Shown: positions 56,070 to 59,090 of the stretch, piece by piece
Layout of the letters: every line of letters starts with the position of its first letter
Numbering within the stretch: position 1 is the first letter of the stretch
NCBI GenBank assembly: GCA_041662965.1
Contig: JBAZRI010000006.1
Span: forward strand, 1 to 59,090
DNA length: 59,090 nt
Origin: Patescibacteria group bacterium
GTDB lineage: Bacteria; Patescibacteriota; Patescibacteriia; Patescibacteriales; GWC2-42-12
Direction of reading: 5' to 3'
Program-made: the position numbers and the translations under genes
The notes under the pieces: model-generated
Told to the model about the DNA's origin: nothing
The model's input: only the letters and a program-made list of their open reading frames with translations
Databases searched by the model: none

Positions 56070-57124
56070 CTGTCTGCTATTTTGGCATTTATAAAGCTGA
56101 CTACAACCGCAATAAAATTATAATGGCCGGCTTAAGAGCCAACGGCCTGGAGATTTTAGAATGCAACAGCCGGCTTAAGGGGCCAAAAAAATATTTTGAT
56201 TTGATAAAAAAGCACCGCGCCTTAAAAAATAAATATGACGTGATGATCGTCGGCTTCCCCGGCTATCAAGCCATGATTTTGGCAAAATTGATTACCGGCC
56301 GGCCGATTATTTTTGACGCTTTTTTTTCGCTTTACGACGCTATGGTAAACGACCGGAGAGCCGTCAGCCGCCTCCATCCCTTAGCTTGGTATTTTTGGCT
56401 TTTAGACTGGCTGTCAGGCTCTTTAGCCGACCGGATACTTTTAGATACCGGCGAGCACATTAAATATTTCGCCAAAACATTCGGCCTAAAGACGAAAAAA
56501 TTTATCCGAGTAATTATCGGCGCCGATACGGATATTTTCCGCCCGGCGCCGGCTAAACCGGCCTCGGCTGATTTTTTAGTCCATTTTCACGGATCATATA
56601 TCCGCAACCAGGGTATCAACTATATCGTTGACGCGGCCGAAAAGCTAAGAGGAGAAAATATTATTTTCAGCTTAGTCGGCGCCGGGCAGGATTTCACGCG
56701 GATTAAAAATAGAGTTGACGAACTGAAGCTGGCGGAAAAATTCCAGATACGCGGTTTTCTGCCGATTGAGGGCTTACTAGACTCCGTCCATAAGGCTGAT
56801 CTTTGCTTGGGAATTTTCGGCTCGGGAGAAAAAACGCAAAGGATTATATCCAATAAAATTTTTGAATGCCTGGCCTGCCAAAAAGCCCTTTTAACCGCGG
56901 ACACGCCGGCCATGAGAGAATTATTTTCCGAAAATGAAGTGGCTTTCTGCCGCGCCGGGGACGGAGAGGATTTGGCGGAAAAAATATTATATTTAAAAAA
57001 TAATCCGGAAACCAGAGAATCTTTAGCCAAAGCCAGCTATGAATTTTTTACGAACAACCTGCGGCCTGCCGGCTTAACGGCGGAATTAGCAAAAATAATC
57101 GGTTCATTGGCGGAAAAAAAATAA
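56066..57124 (+). CDS. glycosyltransferase (GT-B, family 4-like)
   Basis: C-terminal sugar-donor half with KIFECLACQKALLTADTP; start overlaps the fcl stop by 4 nt. Confidence 0.65.
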   Translation: MTVCYFGIYKADYNRNKIIMAGLRANGLEILECNSRLKGPKKYFDLIKKHRALKNKYDVMIVGFPGYQAMILAKLITGRPIIFDAFFSLYDAMVNDRRAVSRLHPLAWYFWLLDWLSGSLADRILLDTGEHIKYFAKTFGLKTKKFIRVIIGADTDIFRPAPAKPASADFLVHFHGSYIRNQGINYIVDAAEKLRGENIIFSLVGAGQDFTRIKNRVDELKLAEKFQIRGFLPIEGLLDSVHKADLCLGIFGSGEKTQRIISNKIFECLACQKALLTADTPAMRELFSENEVAFCRAGDGEDLAEKILYLKNNPETRESLAKASYEFFTNNLRPAGLTAELAKIIGSLAEKK

Positions 57125-57147
57125 AGCTTAGAGGCCGAACAGGCATC

Positions 57148-57948
57148 ATGCCAATTAATCGCCAAACTATAAAACATTTTATGCCGGATAACCAATGGAA
57201 AAAATACGAGCAAGCTTATCATCTGCGCTCGCTTAAATACGCGAAGGGCGGTAAGCTGAAATTCAGCCGCAAGCATGAAGGCCTGGCTGAATACCTTAAC
57301 GAGGCGGCGGAAAAAATCGGCCGAACGGATTTTTCATTTTTAGACGCCGGCTGCGGCAACGGAATTTATCTGAAATATATGGGCGATAAATACCCGGAAG
57401 CGCGGCTCCACGGCTTTGATTTTTCCCAAACCATCGTGGATATCGCTAAAAACAACGCGCCAACAGCTGAAATTAAATCGGGCAACCTGGAAGCAGCGCC
57501 CTATGCCGATGAAAAATTTGATATAATTTTATGCACCCAGGTGATTGAGCATCTTTTAGACGATAAAAAAGGCTTAACTGAATTATACCGCCTGCTAAAA
57601 CCAAATGGTTATTTAATTATCAGCACGGACAACGAGGATAATCTGGTCAGTAAATTCCTTAACTTGCCGATTAAACTATTATCCTCCCCCTACCGGCTAC
57701 TTAAAAGACTACTGCCTGATAAAAAATATTTTCCGCATAAATCATATAAAATCGGCGAATTCACAAAATTAATAAAAACTAGAGCCTTAATTATAGAAAA
57801 AATTTCCACTTTCCGCTTTTCCCTGCCCTGGCCGTTTTATAAAATGGGATTATTAAACCAGCTATTAAACAAACTTGAAACATTCGCCGGCAATAAAAAC
57901 TTTTTTAGAAATAACGGCGATATCGTCGTCGCTTTATGTAAAAAATAA
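57148..57948 (+). CDS. class I SAM-dependent methyltransferase
   Basis: FLDAGCGNGIYL motif I, ILCTQVIEHL, LLKPNGYLIIS. Confidence 0.8.
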   Translation: MPINRQTIKHFMPDNQWKKYEQAYHLRSLKYAKGGKLKFSRKHEGLAEYLNEAAEKIGRTDFSFLDAGCGNGIYLKYMGDKYPEARLHGFDFSQTIVDIAKNNAPTAEIKSGNLEAAPYADEKFDIILCTQVIEHLLDDKKGLTELYRLLKPNGYLIISTDNEDNLVSKFLNLPIKLLSSPYRLLKRLLPDKKYFPHKSYKIGEFTKLIKTRALIIEKISTFRFSLPWPFYKMGLLNQLLNKLETFAGNKNFFRNNGDIVVALCKK

Positions 57949-57955
57949 ATATTTA

Positions 57956-58034
57956 CCCCGTTAGAAGTACCAATTTTAGCGGGCAAAAACAAATTGTCTT
58001 TAATCATTAATTAATATGAAAACTTCTAACGGGG
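57956..58034 (+). promoter_or_regulatory. start-codon-enclosing hairpin (ccccgttagaa / ttctaacgggg family)
   Basis: Arms ccccgttagaagt (57956-57968) and acttctaacgggg (58022-58034); the 53-nt loop holds the wzm ATG (58016). The 3' arm encodes TSNGV. Confidence 0.45.
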
Positions 58035-58849
58035 TGGAAACAATAATCAGGCCGAAAAAAACTTTTTCTTTAAATGACATAAAAGAAATCTGGCAATACC
58101 GCGAGTTGCTCTATTTTTTTACTTGGCGCGATTTAAAAGTCAGATATAAGCAAACCGCCATCGGCGTGGCTTGGGCTATTTTCCAGCCGTTTACCACCAT
58201 GATTGTTTTTAGCATCTTTTTCGGCGGCTTGGCCAAAATGCCTTCCGACGGCATCCCTTATCCGATCTTCGTTTATGTCGGCCTGTTACTCTGGCAATTT
58301 TTTTCTTCGGCTTTAAGCGAAACGTCAAGCTGTTTGATTTCCAACCAATCAATCATTACTAAAGTTTATTTTCCGCGCCTGATCCTGCCGCTAGCCTCTA
58401 CTCTAACTAAATTAGTTGACTTCGCGGTCGCTTCAATTATTTTAGTCGGTCTGATGGCCTATTACCATTACACACCGAATTTAGCCGGCCTATTAATTCT
58501 GCCTCTGCTTTTACTTATAAGTTTCATGGCCGCGGTAAGCATCGGCTTATTTTTAGCTTCAATCAACGTTAAGTACCGCGACGTGCGCTATGCTCTGCCG
58601 TTTTTTATCCAGATTATGTTATTTTTAACGCCGGTAATTTACCCGCCTTCAATTGCAGGAAAATATTCCTGGATTTTAGCCATTAACCCCATGACCGGAG
58701 TAATTAAAGCCGCGCGTTCGGCGCTACTCGGCGGCGCGCCGATTAACTGGGAACTCTTAGGCATCTCCGGTATTACCTGCTTTATTTTACTGATTTTCGG
58801 CGTAATTTACTTTAAAAAAACCGAAAGATATTTCGCGGACATCATTTAA
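58016..58849 (+). CDS. wzm: ABC-2 type polysaccharide export permease
   Basis: 6-TM ABC2_membrane pattern, RDLKVRYKQTAIGVAWAI signature. Confidence 0.85.
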   Translation: MKTSNGVETIIRPKKTFSLNDIKEIWQYRELLYFFTWRDLKVRYKQTAIGVAWAIFQPFTTMIVFSIFFGGLAKMPSDGIPYPIFVYVGLLLWQFFSSALSETSSCLISNQSIITKVYFPRLILPLASTLTKLVDFAVASIILVGLMAYYHYTPNLAGLLILPLLLLISFMAAVSIGLFLASINVKYRDVRYALPFFIQIMLFLTPVIYPPSIAGKYSWILAINPMTGVIKAARSALLGGAPINWELLGISGITCFILLIFGVIYFKKTERYFADII

Positions 58850-58851
58850 AT

Positions 58852-59090
58852 ATGAATTCAATGATTGAGGTAAAAAATTTAGGAAAAAAATATAATATTA
58901 CCCATCGCCTGGGCGGATATATCGCTTTGCGCGATGTTATCGCCAATACTTTTAAAAATCCTCTAAAATTTTTAAAGCACAAAACTAAACAGGTTCTAGG
59001 CAGAGAAACCAAAGAAGAATTTTGGGCGTTAAAAGATATAAATTTTACGATTAATAAGGGCGAGGCGGTCGGCATTATCGGCTCTAACGG
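58852..59090 (+). CDS. wzt: polysaccharide ABC exporter ATP-binding protein, truncated by window edge
   Basis: Hand translation from ATG 58852: MNSMIEVKNLGKKY...FWALKDINFTINKGEAVGIIGSNG (start of Walker A). Open to the window end, so absent from the ORF track. Confidence 0.8.
   Translation, partial: MNSMIEVKNLGKKYNITHRLGGYIALRDVIANTFKNPLKFLKHKTKQVLGRETKEEFWALKDINFTINKGEAVGIIGSN

Overview
This is a 59 kb, AT-rich, gene-dense bacterial chromosomal window. Its overall look (small tightly packed genes, many glycosyltransferases, leaderless promoters, abundant palindromic intergenic repeats) resembles Patescibacteria/CPR genomes. That assignment is inference from gene content only.

Most of the window is housekeeping:
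- Repair and central metabolism: fpg, pduL, a PfkB kinase, galU.
- Cell wall and shape: ddl, murB, mreB, mreC.
- Secretion: secA, secD, secF.
- Translation and replication: hpf, rseP, frr, holB.
- Three large cell-surface glycan loci: about 10 glycosyltransferases, rmlABD plus an RmlC-like cupin, gmd/fcl, a WbaP-like priming transferase, a Wzm/Wzt ABC exporter, two methyltransferases and two radical-SAM enzymes.

The stand-out region is 5830-9667. A tyrosine recombinase is transcribed divergently from an array of co-oriented gene cassettes. The cassettes are separated by alternating RYYYAAC / GTTRRRY core boxes with attC-like imperfect inverted repeats, so the locus has integron architecture. 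Three things are unusual:
- The recombinase is Xer-sized and seems to lack the IntI-specific insertion.
- Every cassette carries its own 18-54 nt terminal inverted repeats, which would lengthen the attC stem beyond the R boxes in the excised circle.
- One attC-like pair encloses a complete hicBA toxin-antitoxin operon, and one cassette has no ORF but holds a promoter/terminator-bounded structured RNA candidate.

Other points:
- Palindromic repeat families occur both between genes and in frame inside secA and a GT2 gene.
- SecD carries an inserted parvulin PPIase domain.
- Three canonical promoters sit exactly 6 nt from their ATG (leaderless) and share an operator-like palindrome.
- A conserved start-codon-sequestering hairpin occurs at two glycan genes.
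- An AAA+ ATPase splits gmd from fcl.

I saw no rRNA, tRNA or CRISPR array. All product calls rest on motif recognition by eye; no database search was possible.
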